A stretch of DNA of 64,000 bases from the NCBI GenBank assembly GCA_951406725.2, contig OX597821.1, positions 52,886,001 to 52,950,000 on the forward strand, read 5' to 3'. Positions 14,193 through 29,674 of this stretch are shown piece after piece; the stretch's first letter is position 1, and the number at the start of each line of letters is the position of its first letter. The DNA is from Octopus vulgaris. Its lineage: Eukaryota. The notes under the pieces are model-generated. The model had not been told where the DNA came from. It did not search any database and worked only from the letters and a program-made list of their open reading frames with translations. The position numbers and the translations under genes are program-made.

Positions 14193-14790
14193 CTCAGTGA
14201 GATATAGTTGAACCAGAAAGACCAATAAGAGCTTATTAAATAACATACAAGATAAATACGTGATTTACTGAATGACCTTAGTATACTAGGATCTTCTCCA
14301 CTACCAGAGAATGCGAACCCATTAGTGTGTACCAACCTCGCATAAGAGGGGAAGAAAATTTCAAGGCAGAAAAATTCTCGAAATTTCTCATGCCATTGAC
14401 AATATGACATTCTAATTGTACATGTATTGTGTTGTTCGTCGATGTGAGTGTGTGCGCGAGCTCGCGCGTGTATGTATGTATGTATGTGAGTAAAACAGAT
14501 AAATAGACAAGCCGAGAGTATATAATTCAGAAATTTGTTTTATAAGCACAATTATATAATTATTTTCTTGTGTAAAGAGAATGCTCAATAAGAATGGAGT
14601 AAGGAGAGTGCTCAATAAAAATGAAAGAGCGATTGTTAGAGTATATTAACAACAATGGGGACAGTAAATTAACTAAAGTGCCTTTACTCAGCAATATAAA
14701 ACGTACAAGCGTAGACCTTTGATATTTTGGTTGCATGTAAGTAGATTTTTAGAAATTATGTCTTCCGATTGTAACTTGTGGAGAGGGGAC

Positions 14791-14847
<57 letters not shown>

Positions 14848-15282
14848 TAAACGGTGGAGGATTGAGTGCAGTGCGTACGTCAGATATTCAAAAATAAAAT
14901 GCTTTGTAGTATTTAATCTAGTTTTGTACTAAGTTCAAATTCGAAGTCACCTTATGCTTTCGTCCTCTTAGTGTCATTACAATGAAGTACCATTATATTA
15001 TTCAAGGGCCATTCTATCGCCTAACTCTTTCCTCTCAAAACAGCTAATTGTGATTAAATTGAGAACCATCATCTTCGTCTTCATCATCATCATCATCATC
15101 ATCATCAATACGCACACATGGATATACATTTAAACTCACTTATTTCTACAAATATGTGTGTATATGTGTGCATACAAGCACTCACGTACGCACACGCAAA
15201 CACACATGCACACACACACGTGTGTGTTTATGTATGTATGTATGTATGTATGTATGTATGTATGTATGTATGTATGCATGTA

Positions 15283-15341
<59 letters not shown>

Positions 15342-18300
15342 CCTTAAAAGATTTTCCAATTCTTCCTTTCAATGGAATTTTAAAAAAATTCTCCTCCGAG
15401 TTTCTTACATTCCCCCCCCTCTCTCTCTCTCTGACTCAATTTGTCTTCCTTCCTCTGTGTTACCACCCCACTTCTTTCTTCTGATTTTATCATCATGTCT
15501 TTTATTTCCTCTGTCTTTTGCTCCATCAGCCTTGCCATTCTTTCATAATATTTTACTTAATTCTCACAACAATCTTCTCATTTAAGTCTTCAACTCATTT
15601 TCATTCATTCTTCATTACATTCCAACACATTTTCACCTTAATATCGCACACGACTTCCATTAAGTCTTTCTTTCGTTCTCCTTTCTTCCTTCTTTCTTTC
15701 TTTCATTCTTTCATTCGTTCTTTCATTCTTTGTTTTTCTTTCTCAACCTGCTTATCATTGTTTACTGCTGTCTTCCGTCAGTGCACGCATTCTTTCTCTC
15801 TATCCAGATCCGTTTGAGATTCTCCTGGCCTTCAATCTTATCTCACACTCACCTCGCTCTCTCTCTCTCTCTCTCTGTCTTTCTCTATCTCTCCCTTTCT
15901 TTCCATCTCTCCAATATTTGCCTTCTCTAAGCCTCCTACACTGCTTTACCGCAACAGCATTTAACAGCAGTAATAATGATGACAGTGGTGGTGCTGGTAA
16001 TGGTGACAGTTGTGATGTTAATAGTGGCGGTGGCAATAATAATGGTGATAGTGGTATCGGTGTTAGTGATGGCGACCTTTAGTATTTCGATCCATGAAGT
16101 GGTGTCAAACTACTCTGAGTATAGAGTGAAATGTAAGATGAGGAGAGATGCAAACGGTAAAATTTCACAGTAAGGGAATGGAAGGAAATTGCAGATAATT
16201 ATGAATTACTATAACAATAAAACAAATACAGCGTATAGCAAAAGTTGTTGTTGTTGATGTTGATGTTACTAATGTCGATGTTGATATTATTGGTATTGTT
16301 AAAGTGTTTCCTGTGTGGCAAAGGCTGTTTTTTTCTTTCTTTCAGTGTGGTAGGGTGCGATTTGAGGGTCATTCTATTGATACTTCTTGTAGGATGTGTG
16401 AGAAGTCTCTCGGTGACACGTAATAAAAGAGGCGGGAAAAGTATAAGAGTGGTATGTTTAGAAACAGCAAAAAGAAAAAAAATTAAGAAAAAAGGGAAAT
16501 GGAAAGATTGGTAATTAGAAAACTGGATCGAACGATACGTGTTAATATTGTTGATGCTTTTGTAAGCGTTTCGAGGAAATACGCGTGAAAGAAAATTTTG
16601 CAGCGTGACAGCATTGAAATACCGTAATACACGGACACACACACGGGCATGAGTACACACTCAACGGGTATAGTAAAGCGGCAATTCATAGAACCTGCAC
16701 TATGACCACTTTAATTACCTGGTTTTCAAGTATCGGAAGGCACCAAATACGATATTAATTATGTAGTTCGTGCCACATTACGTCCTTTCGTAGCATACTG
16801 AAGGGAACCGAAGCCCTGTTCACTGTGAAACATCCTCACTCAAGAATAACAAACGGAACTACTATAGCAACCTCATTTGTCCGACAAAATCAACCCAACC
16901 AATCCAGCAGCAACCCTATCAGCAAAAGAATTCTTGATAAAATATTCCCACTTTCAAAATAACACACTCAGTTTCACTTGCAGATTATTACCTCTAAGGT
17001 GGAACACTGATACCGGAAAATTGAAAAGGAAATCAGCTAAATTTATTCAGTTTGGCGACAACGATTTCTATTCGCTCATTACACAAACAAAGCGGGCAAC
17101 CGTCCTACGATTTGCTAAGAACATTACTAGAGGCGACGCCTGGGATATCAGTTATCATTCTTTATGCTTGAAATATGGCTTCAAAATTTTAAAATCTCTT
17201 TGGAATTAAGCAGAAGGCTATTTGAAATCAGCATGTGTGTTAGCCACCTGGTTAAGATGACCTACGCAACTGGATTATATGCCTTTAACATAGTGAAGGA
17301 AACGTTCCTAATGATAAGTCGATTGTACCGTTACATCAAGCTTATTACGTTTACCAATTACAATCCACCGTGCAGAGACTGAGTAAGAGAAAGATATCCA
17401 ACGATTTTGTTTTTACCTTTACTAAGAACATGAATTTAAGTTACGCAAACCACCACCGACTTTCTGAAAGTCAACCTTGGCCTCTCTAACGAGCTCTGAC
17501 ACACAGCAACCGAATGGATCTATACAGTGCATGCCCAAACACTCAAATCACCCATGTTCTGTGATTACTATAATGATTAAAAATTATCTCACGGCTTTTA
17601 TCGCGACTTTCCACAAACAAACAAATTTGTCATGAAAACGCGTCATACTAAGTACTGTGTAAAAGTGGGTTAAATGAGGTGATAATATAACCATTCCTCA
17701 CTGATCAACGATACAGCTGAGGGAAGCCATGCAGTAGTCCTTATAAGAGGTCCATTATAAATAGGCTACAAATCAGACATCGCGTATTCCATTGTCACAA
17801 CGTATTTCTCCCTTTACAACATGACATATCTGCACACAGTCACTTTGAGAAAATCTTCAATAGAAACATTCTGAAGTCTTCATACGCTGCAGCACTCATC
17901 TTAGTATAGACCATTACAGCTTCCAACATCGCAAAACTCAACAGATATAGAACACATTCGTATATCTCTGATAACTGAGCTAATTCAATTACTCTTCGTA
18001 CACAAAAAACTGCCTTCCTAACTCTTATTACCTCGGAAAAATATCATTAATAAGAGGAACTTCATAGTAAAGAGCTCCGATAGATTTACACGGGTCTCAT
18101 TGCAAACTAATTCAAAATCAGACTTAATAGTATGCATGTACTTTCTGAAACCCAGATTAGAGAATCACCCTTCACTAACCGCATGCATCTGCCATTTCCA
18201 TAAAAGTGACTCTTTACATGAGCTACAATGGTATATTATTACGAAAGACCAACGATATCATTACAGTCGCAGGTGCTGTTATTTATATGGCGTAGAAGTT

Positions 18301-18670
18301 TTTTTCCGATATATTTGCCGCGAACAAATATTTAAGCATTTCTCTACATGCAGCCACAATGTAATAGAGAAATACAAGAGTGCACGCATAGGTATACGCG
18401 TGCACACGCGCACATACAGCTGATATACGCCCACACATACACACCCAAGTACACAAGTACATACACTCCAACGAGCTGATGTCGTCAGCTCACACGCAAA
18501 TGCTTGCACATACAGCAGATGCATCACATACGCACACTAACACATCTCTGCAACAAGTATACCCGCATACACATCCACACCGGGATCTGGTGTTTCTGAA
18601 AAAACTCACACTCCGTTTACTTTGAGGCGAAGCAAACATTTTCTCTAACTACGCAGTCCGAGAAATGCAG

Positions 18671-19049
18671 CTCTTTCACTCTTTTACTTGTTTCAGTCAT
18701 TTGACTGTGGCCATGCTGGAGCACCGCCTTTAGTCGAGCAAATCGACCCCAGGATTTATCCCATCGGTCTCTTTTGCCGAACCTCTAAATTACGGGGACG
18801 TAAACACACCAGTATCGGTTGTCAAGCGATGTTGGGGGGACAAACACAGGCACACAAACACACACACACATGTATATATACATATATATACGACGTGCTT
18901 CTTTAAGTTTCCGTCTGCCAAATCCACTCACAAGGCTTCGGTCGGCCCGAGGTTATAGAAGAAGACACTTGCCATAGGTGCCACGCAGTGGGACTAAACC
19001 CGGAACCATGTGGCTGGTAAGTAAACTACTTACACACAGCCACTCCAGC
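18671..19049 (-). mobile_element. SINE family B
   Basis: High identity to 47062-47476. Confidence 0.9.
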
Positions 19050-19447
19050 TGAGGATTTCTATTTGATGTATTTGATGTCGCTGATATTATTTCAGTATAC
19101 ACTTCAACAGCAAAATGTGACCCGTCTTCTCAAATAGCAGCCCAATCTATATTACTATAGTCTTGAAACTCCTCCATCTCCCCTTTTGGCTACTGTGCTT
19201 CACGAGCTTGGTTCGTGCGAGGAACCTACGAAAATTTAAGTTGCATGTGATGGAATGCAATGGCTATTAAAAAATGACACATACATACGCACACGCACAC
19301 ACACACACACACGCACGCGCACAAACTCAGACACACACACGAACACATACACACAAACACACACACACATATAAGCATACATAAATTATACACTTTAAAA
19401 ATGAGTGTTAAACACCACATTTTCTGGGTATGCGTTCGTATGTGTGC

Positions 19448-19494
<47 letters not shown>

Positions 19495-20379
19495 TTGTCC
19501 GGCAAGTCTGGCATCCACATGTATGGATATTCATAAACGGACGCTTACACAATTTTATCACACATATATATGCTTTAAAAATAGTAATCACACATTCGCA
19601 AAGCACTTGGTGGTTTACATACTCGATTAGATACGCTCCACATTCAACCACACATATAGTATACACTCACATGCATGACCACACATATACACACATGTGC
19701 CCACATATCCACCGTATGTCCTCATATCTTCATTCACGCATCTATTCACACACCTTATGCTAATACACATACTAGTGCAGATAGCTCTCATCTCTCGTGC
19801 ACAGCACAAAATATGCATTAAAAAAATCACTCACACAATGTATAATTCAGTTACTGCAATCATACACATAAAGAATAAATCCATAACAGGCTCACTGAGT
19901 AGCACAGACATAAACGAAAACATCGACCGCAATGACTGCCCACAATAGTCTCCAGGCCAGTAATATAATACCTATTCTAAAAGATGCATCTAATCTCTCG
20001 TTCATTCAACCATAGTATCTTCTCGTTGCTTCTTCTTACACATATGCACGCGCGCGCAAAAGCATAACGAGCAAGTACTTCAACCAAAAGCATCATGAAA
20101 TTAAACTTACATATTCGCTCGCATACACACGCGCGCCCACACACATGCTCACACACACACACAAGAACTATAAAATGGTGCTTGAGAGAATATTACCCAT
20201 AGTTTGTGAGAATCCTGCGGATACACACAAAATATCGGAATCCAGTGATTATTTACCCATAGGCACCTGAAATGGGCAGGCTGTGTGTGGAGTAGTTGGC
20301 CACTAATAAACATACACCATTCATGGAACACTGGTATTTAACCCTTATTCAAAATATGGCCTTCTCAGTACCATAATGG

Positions 20380-20800
<421 letters not shown>

Positions 20801-21689
20801 ATCGCTCTCGTTGCTCACACGAGACCATCTTACTTTCCTGCACGGACGTTCAAAGGAGTGGACATTTTTTTCTCTCTCTCTTCTATCTTTCTCTCTTCAA
20901 AGAAAATATGTCTCCAAACGTTCACAATTTTTCTCTCGTTCTGGTCTAACGACCCTCCATGGTTGTTTTCGTTCGGTTTCCTTGTATGTCCCCACTATCC
21001 TATTTTTGTTGTCAACTTTCACAAATTGTATTTCAGAATTTGTGGGAGCAACTGTCTCTGAAGACTCATATTGTCATTGAATGCAAGAAATGAGTAGACA
21101 GACAGCCGACAACTGATGAAAGGTCGTTTCTCTGTGTTTACTTGTCCTGTTTTCCATTTTTTCTCTCGTTGTTTATGTATTTAACTCGTTTGTCTACGTA
21201 TTTTATGTTGTTTATACAGTTGGTGACGGTCTGTAATCATATATGCATACACACACACACACAAATACACACACACACATACACACATATATATACATGT
21301 ACGTATGTGTGTGCGTGTATGTATCATGTACGTATGTATGAACAGAAGAGAAATTTAGGTCATTGGTAACCTAAACTTATAAGTATGATGTCTGAGTGCT
21401 CTAAATGATAAACTTCCAGGATCCAAGTTCACAACGGGTCCTGGACTTGCAGTAGCCATTGTCCAGTAGGGAGATAACCGGTAGGGAGATATTTCCTTTC
21501 CAATTGAGTTTTCCATATCTTTTATGATGCCTTTGTGTATTTAATTCTCTTTCTGTCACACATAGTAAATCCGCGCAGATCTATGACCGATTCTTGCTAA
21601 CACATGTCATATTATTCACATGAGCATCAAACTACTTGTTCAATTTCCCTTTTCTCATATGGACACACTATTCAATCCCCTTTCTGAAC

Positions 21690-22569
21690 CATGGCCTGTC
21701 TTCACCGCCCGCCTCCGTGGGGCACGACTACAGTGGGCTACACAGCACCGACATTGCCGGCATCAACAATGATGGTCGATAGTCTTCTCTGACGAGAGCA
21801 GGTACGCGTTTCCACCTCGGATGGCAGAGTGTGGGTGTGGCGTAGGTGGGGATGAACGCTAAAGCGACGCATATGTCATTAAGAGAAACGCGTGGGGTGG
21901 CCAAACCATCATGGTTTGGGGTGCTATAGGCCTGAATCAGAAAATTGTGCCCCGTGTGTACCAAAATGTTGTTAGAGGCAGAGGGAAGAGCATCACAACA
22001 GAGCGCTACGTTGACCAGATTCTAAGACCTCACAACGTTCCCTTCGCGCATTACTGTAGCCGCGTGTTCCAGCATGACAATGCTCTCCTCCACATGGCCA
22101 GGGTCACCATGGACTTCTTGTGTCAGTCTAACATCAGAATCATGCCATGGTCAGCTCTCAGCCCGGATTTGAACCAAATTGAACACCTGTGGGATGAAAT
22201 CTAGTGACGGCTGAACCAGGTGGTGCTAAGGCCGACAACTCCTGTGAAACTGGAGGCAGCTTTCCTAAGGGTGTGAGCCCAGGTGCCATTGGCTTTTGTG
22301 AACCGCCTCATACACTCCATGTATCGACAGTGCATGGCCGTAGTGAACACCCAGGGAGGGCTCACACGGTACTGAACATGTCAAACCCTACAATCTCAAT
22401 GTGCTGGATGTGCCCACTACCCGAACACATGAGAACGACCGATAGACTGTAGTCAAAGTGCATCCAAGAAACTGATTTCATCAGATTTATGAAAATATAT
22501 ATCTGACATAATGAAATTAAAACATATTTCACAGTCAAACACGTCCGGCATTTCTTTTGCGGTTCAGTG
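21690..22569 (+). mobile_element. Tc1-type (DDE) transposon relic with right terminus
   Basis: VFSDESR at ~21783, then MVWGAIG, FQHDNA and SPDLNQIEHLWDEI; ends ...TTTTGCGGTTCAGTG followed by TA. Confidence 0.88.
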
Positions 22570-22593
22570 TATATATGTATACGCACGCACACA

Positions 22594-22690
<97 letters not shown>

Positions 22691-23096
22691 GTAAATCCCA
22701 AAATACAAAACTGGAAAGCATTAATCTGTTCTACGTACACAGTGGATATAATTGATTGTCGCTCAGTGAAAGTTTTAGATGGGAAAATAGGAATCGAGTA
22801 ATGACGGATAGACGAAAATGTCCAGAGAGAAGGGAGAACATGAACAAGCAAATAATCTGAAGAAAAGCACGTATGTCGTTTCATGGCCTAAAAACCGAAA
22901 GTTTAAGAGAGATAAAGAATGTGGTATTTGAAGAGAAGAGTGTGTGTGTGTATGGTGGTAGGGGGCATAGTTGTGCGTGTGTGTGTGTGTGGCATGTAGA
23001 TGTGTATGTGTCTATATTTCTTTTCACGTGTGAGTAAGCGCAGGTTGTGAGTTGCGTGTTTGTATATTAGAGAGTGCTGCGTAAGATAGTAGTATA

Positions 23097-23878
23097 CGCG
23101 GTCCTGTCTGATCAATAAGTATCCGGACTAAAGCACTATCCAAAACTGAAGCACTTCTGCTGTTTGTAACAGTGCTTGGAAGGAAGATGTGTAGCATGTG
23201 ATCATTACACTGACCATGATAGAGAAAGTTGAGTAGAAAATCGGCATCAAATGTTGCTAAAAGCTTGTTCAGAGGCCTATGCAAAGTTTTCAAAAAGTTT
23301 TCATTGTTCTCAACATAATCAAGGAGATCTTGTGCAATTGAAACCCGAGTGTCTTTTTGGACAGCTGAAAGCAGTTTTCGCACAAACTTGACAGACAAGC
23401 GTCTCATACCCAAATCTTCAGTCATAATGGACTTAAACTGAACCGTAACTAATCTGCATAACCTCTGATAACTCACGGATGGTGATTCGATGATCTCCCT
23501 TCACAGACGCACGCACATCTGCGATATTTTTCTCAGTTCTACTGATTGAGGGTCTCCGAGAACGTTTATCACTATCGACATTTTTTCGGACATTTTGAAA
23601 ACGTCTGTATCACTCGTACACTCCTCACCATACACTTTCTGCAACTTTGCGTAGGTTTCTGAGTAGGTATGACAACTTTCTCTGTGATGGTCAATACAAC
23701 GACCTCACGCTACACATCTTCCTTCCAAGAACTGCTGCTAACTAGCTGAGCTAGAACGTTCAAACTTCGTGCGCATGCGCAACAGAGGTTAAGGGCAATC
23801 TTCGCCAAGCGGCTTGACTATATGTGCTTTAGCTTCGTTACTATGCCAATAGTCCGGATGCTTATTGATCAGACCTCG
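23097..23878 (-). mobile_element. Non-autonomous mariner element (N-terminal HTH part of the transposase) with TIRs
   Basis: TIR core GTCTGATCAATAAG(T/C)ATCCGGACT at both ends, flanked by TA; peptide IMTEDLGMRRLSVKFVRKLLS resembles the mariner WVPRLL region. Confidence 0.85.
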
Positions 23879-24199
23879 TATGTGTGCATGTATATTTGAG
23901 TGTGCGTGTGTATCGCGGTGTGTGTACGTATGTTTAGGTGTGCGTGCTTATACACGCGCGCACGCGCACACACATATAGTATCTATATTTATTTATGTAT
24001 ATTGCTTTTGAACGACAGAAGTTACAGAAGTGAACGAAAGGTCGTGAGTTTCGTGCCAACCATTCACGAAATTCTCGGCCTTGTCTGACTTTCGTCCGAT
24101 TAAAATATCTACTCATGCATTGGATTTTTAAAATTTCTTCTGCTTGATCTGTCATGCTCTCTCCGTCTCTCTCTCACATATACACGCACGCACACATTC

Positions 24200-24231
<32 letters not shown>

Positions 24232-26439
24232 TCAAATATATATATGTATGTATGCAGAGTAATAGTGATGGTGGCGGTGGTAGTAGTGACAGCAGTAGCA
24301 GCAATTATGCTAGGTTAGTGTGGTGTCGATAGCCGTACACTGTTTACTTAGCTGTTGGATGTCACTCAACAGCCGTCTCGTGTAACATCTAGAAATAAAA
24401 TCTAGAATCGTTTAGATATAAAGAGAAGTTTGTAGTATTTTTTTCTTAGTTTCCCCTTTACGTACCAGCAGGAGCAAAGATTAGATGAGCTTAGAAGCGA
24501 TCAACCCACGACATCCAAAGAAACGTGGTTTCGATTTCTGGTCAGATTAACTTTTTGTCTAAGTATTAAACGTAGACTATTTTAGAATTAAATCGTAATT
24601 CCTTCGTATAAAAAGGATAGGGATTTAGATAATGTACATTTGAGTGGGGGCTGGGATGGAGAGTATAATATTGGAAATAAAGAGGGAGACAGAGAGGGGG
24701 AAGAGAACAAATAAAGAACGAGTGAGTGGAAGTAAAAGAGGGAGATGTAGAGTGGAAAAGACAGACATACAGTGAGAGAAACATATACGATGAGAAAGAA
24801 CGTAAATAGAGAGAGAGAGAGGGAGGGGGAAAGAGTGAGGGAGGGAAAGAAACAAATAGCTAGACTGATAAACAGACGGTAATAGACAGACAGACAAATA
24901 AAAACAGACAGACAAATAAAAATAAGCATAAACAGAGTGAGAGAGACAAAGAAAGGGACAGCAATTAATATTTGATACTGATGAGGTCGATGCAGGCGAG
25001 TTCCAACCCATTCCATCAGCAGAGCTTACCAACATGCCGGGCGTCGCAAGGTGGGGTAGGCGGAAGGTTATGGAGACAAAAAAGATGGTCCCGGGTGGTT
25101 GTGGATCTAAAGGAGTGATCCTTGGAAGGGGTAGCATTATCTATGTTAGTGCTAAATGGATACAAGCTGGGGTTGATCAATGATAGCTAGATCCCTCGGA
25201 TGGGCATGTTTGATAGCTGAAACGTGTCCAGGTACCTCATAAGATAATTCTTTAAAATACTGTAATATATGTATTTCATTCTATATTATCAAATATCTGA
25301 TACCTCCATATTTACCTTTACTTGAAACTAAATCAAATTTGCAAAATTATTATCAATTTTCTAAAGGCTCTTGTCTTTGTTGTTGCTGTATAGGGAGAGG
25401 TAACTTTAACTCTTTATACAGAACCACACTGGATCCATCGGCAAACTATCCAGAACCTCTTATAGATGAATTTATAGTGTGTAGTGCTTATGGCAAAGAT
25501 AGTCGTGTAGGGGGCTCACTGGGCAGGTTTAAGTAGTGATCTTCTCGTTTCAACTAAGCCCCTTCAACTTTTTGAAGATCAGCTTCATATGATGAAGAGT
25601 GTTCCCTAGGGTTTGCCCTTCTCCACTAAAGTAAACAAAAACAAAAGGCAGGTGTGATCGGTGAAATCGATCAAGCTAAATATGTCCACACTAACAATGC
25701 AGTGGTGAGTTATCGGCAATAACTGGGGGAAGGTTCTTGTCTGAAGAACGTCAGAAGAATATGGGACTGTGCGTGGTGGAGGTCAAGCAATAAAACTATG
25801 TTATCATCATCTGAGCCTTTTTTTAGAGCGAAGTAAGACTTGTGGTGGGTGGCGAGTAATTGCAAATTAAACATGACTCATGCTATATCCACAGATCAGA
25901 TATCCACATCATCCTATATCCACTGATTTTGTAGGAACGTTCGCAATACAGTGGATTCCTCTAAAGACACCCATCTAACGGCATATTTAATTTGTAAGTT
26001 AAACTTCCGCTGTAGTCAGCTTTGCCTTCCACCAGCACTGGATAGGTAAATAAAGAATTTGACCAAAACATTACTCCATTTATCCATCACCATCTCTCTC
26101 TTTCTCTTGTGCCGATCTTCCTTCCTCTCTGCCTCTCTCCCAGCATTGCACCTGTATTTCAAAGGTCTAGTTTTATCACATGATGTAGTATCACCTTGGT
26201 ATGATAACTGTATTACACTTACACATAATTGCGGAATAATCAGGCGCTTACAATCAATGGTTTAAAAGTAATTTTATTTGAGATGTCGAACTACGAAGCA
26301 ACAATGTGTTATGTTATTATCTGGTCTAGAATACAGAGTGTTGAGAAATTAACTGGTAAGAAATACTGACAGAATTTTTAAGGAACATAATAATATGAAA
26401 TGTAAATATTTTTAGAATTGTTCATTCTACATATACTGG

Positions 26440-26651
26440 TCTCAAAATTTGGAACAAGACTAATAATTTCGAGGAGGAGGCAAGTCAATTACATCGACCC
26501 CAGTGCATAAAATGGTAGTTATTTAAACGAACTCCGAAAGAATAAAAGACAAAGTCGACCTCGTCAGAATTTGAACTCAGAACGCAAAGGTAGTCGAAAT
26601 GCCGCTAAGCATTTAGCCCAACGTGCCATCGATTCTGCCGATTCGCCGCTT
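26440..26651 (-). mobile_element. SINE family C (Meta-like domain)
   Basis: Minus strand: GCGGCGAATCGGCAGAATCG..TTCTGAGTTCAAATTCTGACGAGGTCGACTTTG..GCACTGGGGTCGATGTAAT. Confidence 0.8.
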
Positions 26652-28315
26652 TATGAGATGTATCTATATCGACTAGTGAAGATAGACGCCTGTTATGACC
26701 ATGGATAACTTGTTTAGTACTATATTTTAACTGATATGAAAACTTGGCGTATATCAAAGCTTTCACTTTTATAGACAATAGCTATATTTAAAACGTTGTA
26801 CTAAAGCAAAAACTAGGCATGGATTAGAAAATACGTAACTTCTATGAACATTAGGTATATTATATTTAAGAACGTAACATAGCTGATATGGAAATTACTC
26901 CAACTTTTCATTATTGAAAAAGAAAAAAATTGAACATAAAATATGAGATATTGAATTATTCATACTATCAGTGAGGTAATGTCTCACCCTAAACAGTCTT
27001 CGAGAACATTCTTGATAGACAAAAATATATAAAATATATAAAAGCAACAAAAACAACAGATATAAAAACATATTTGGACGACAAAAAATATTGATTGTAC
27101 GAAGAACAGCAAGTTTGCCGAGACAGAAAATAAACAAATTTTGAAATAATGATTTGATCTCATTTAAATTTCAATTATTCTACATCTTGACACAGAGTTC
27201 ATAATGATTGCGACATAAGTCAGTTTTTCTTTGGAATTGTGTTTGTGTATTAACTAAGTTTTACCTTTCTGATGCAATTCTATCATATAAAGTATTATAT
27301 ATACAGTACATTTTTCATTGCTGTACATTGCTGGATGAAAAAAAAAATCTATAGCTAAATTCTGTAGCAAAAACATAGCCCTATTATAGAATATGCAAAT
27401 AAATAACGGCGAATTATGTGCATGGCTGTGTGGTTAACAAATTCGTTTTATGCTTATTTAATTCAACTCCAATTTGTACCACATGTTGAAAAAATGCCTT
27501 TCCTTCTATTCTTGAGTTTATCTTGCTACAAGAATTGGGTAAGTAGGAATGATGAAAAATATCGTTGTTTATGTGTGTGCATGTGTTTGTTTGTAAGTGT
27601 GTGTGCGTGTGTGTGCATGTGTGTGTGTATGTATGTGTGTGTGTGTGTATGTGTGTGTGTTTGTGTATTTGCTCTCATTCTTTTTTTTAATTCCGAGTAA
27701 ATTTTGACGAGCCAGCTTCTTGATAGCAAGATTGTGAAAGAAAGCATATTGGTTTTAACCATCAGCCTCTAAAGCTTAAGAAGGTCTTGCAGATGTTTTT
27801 GTCCCGGATATCGTGATCATTTGCAAGGTATGAATTAAAGGTTACATTCCCTTCCCAAGAGACGAACATCAGCCATACTTTGCTCCTGAGTGTGTCATTA
27901 TGTATCCTGTTGCTCCAATAATATTCGTTTCTTTATAATAAAAATCATTTCATTTTTCGCCAGCTACGATATATATGTGAAGTTTAGGAATTTTAGTGCC
28001 CATGACGATCTGTGTACTTTTATGCACCTAACGCCTATATGAGAGGACCTATCAAGGCTAATAACGCAGTAGTCGGTGTAGTAGCAATACATCCGTGTTA
28101 CGTTGGGTATATAAAGATTATCCTTTGGTAGCAAAACTGTTTCCGTCGCTAATATTTAATATATATATATATATGTTTTATTTATATTTCCTGAGCGCCA
28201 TACTAATACAATTGTTCGTTTGTTTTCCACCTGCCTTCGTCTTTTGTTTATTTTCATAAAGCTTCCCGTTATATATATATATATATATACAATATGTTAC
28301 ATTACTCGGTAGTCA

Positions 28316-28378
28316 AGATAAAACTCTGAGTTTCAGATACCGAAGTGGAAATCCACAACACCATCTCATCGGTTATCT
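28316..28378 (-). ncRNA. Hammerhead-like motif with variant core CCGATGA
   Basis: Minus strand: AGATAA-CCGATGA-GATG..GTGGATTTCCAC..TATCT-GAAA-CTCAGAG-TT-TTATCT. Helix I is 6 bp and helix III is palindromic. Confidence 0.55.
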
Positions 28379-28928
28379 GGCTATTTGAAAACGCTAGGAA
28401 AAAATACCGTTAAATGAAGGGAAATTACTCTGTTATAACTCTGTTTGCCTGCGTACTTATACATCGCTCGCATTTTTCGTCATAAAAATTATATAAAAAT
28501 ACATAAAAAGTATATAAAAATATATAAATTCTTCTTGGGACATAATATAGAAAGCATGTTCTATCTGTTTTCTTTAGGGGACCAAAAACGTAACAGAAAT
28601 TTAGTCACATGTGGGCATGATCCGAAAAGCTCTGTCCTTGTATTTAGACATGTAGTAGGGTCTGTTTGTGTGTGTTTTTTTAAGCGCGTATTTGTGTCTG
28701 TCTGTCTGTCTCACTATATATATACATATATATATATACACATATATATATACATATATATATATATACACATATATATATACATATATATATATATACA
28801 CACATATATATACACACATATATATATATATATATATACATACATACATATAGACAAACATATATATATACACACATATATCACACACACACATATATAT
28901 ATACACATACACATATATATACACACAC

Positions 28929-28975
<47 letters not shown>

Positions 28976-29271
28976 CGTATTTGTTGGAAAACTGTTACCT
29001 ATAGCTCACGAAACTAGTAATGGAGGTTGGATTTGATCTGCTTATCATATTGAATGATCAGCCAAACAGTTTTACTAGGACACACCTTGTTATTCCCTAA
29101 TCCAGAAATCACTGTATGGGTAAGCCTTCTTTAAAAAATCTGATTGATTCAGTAGACTGCATTCGTAACGTAATATGTGGTCTATATTAGCGTCATTTTC
29201 AGTATATTGGTATATTGGTGTGCTCGCCCACACCCTTTTGCTGTTATTGTATCTTTATAATTATATATAAC

Positions 29272-29341
<70 letters not shown>

Positions 29342-29444
29342 TTAATTAGAGACAAAACCACTATTATGCAAATCAAACAAAGGAAGACTTAATCCAATAC
29401 ATAAAAAATTTTATATAAATTAAATAAAAATAAAATTAAATTCG

Positions 29445-29490
29445 CCACTACAATTGTTTCGTGTCTCTTCTAAAGACATTCATCAGGTGG
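29445..29490 (-). ncRNA. Minimal type I hammerhead ribozyme (Penelope-like) in a ~240-bp insert within (TA)n
   Basis: Minus strand: CCAC-CTGATGA-ATGTCTTTAGAAGAGACAC-GAAA-CAATTG-TA-GTGG. Canonical core, palindromic helix III ACAATTGT, predicted cleavage after GUA. Confidence 0.75.
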
Positions 29491-29564
29491 TTTTCAGATC
29501 TTCTATTCAATTTTAAGTTATGAATCTGATTTTTCCCTGTAAATTTGGATTTATTCCCTAATAT

Positions 29565-29674
<110 letters not shown>

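Noticed and set aside
16550-18250. Possible highly decayed LTR-retrotransposon (integrase-like) relic
   Set aside because: A/C-rich and coding-like, but only vague motif hints; it cannot be supported without a translated search.
21051-21135. CTGAAGA-CTCAT..ATGAG and a CTGATGA as hammerheads
   Set aside because: No correctly placed GAAA or helix III follows either motif.
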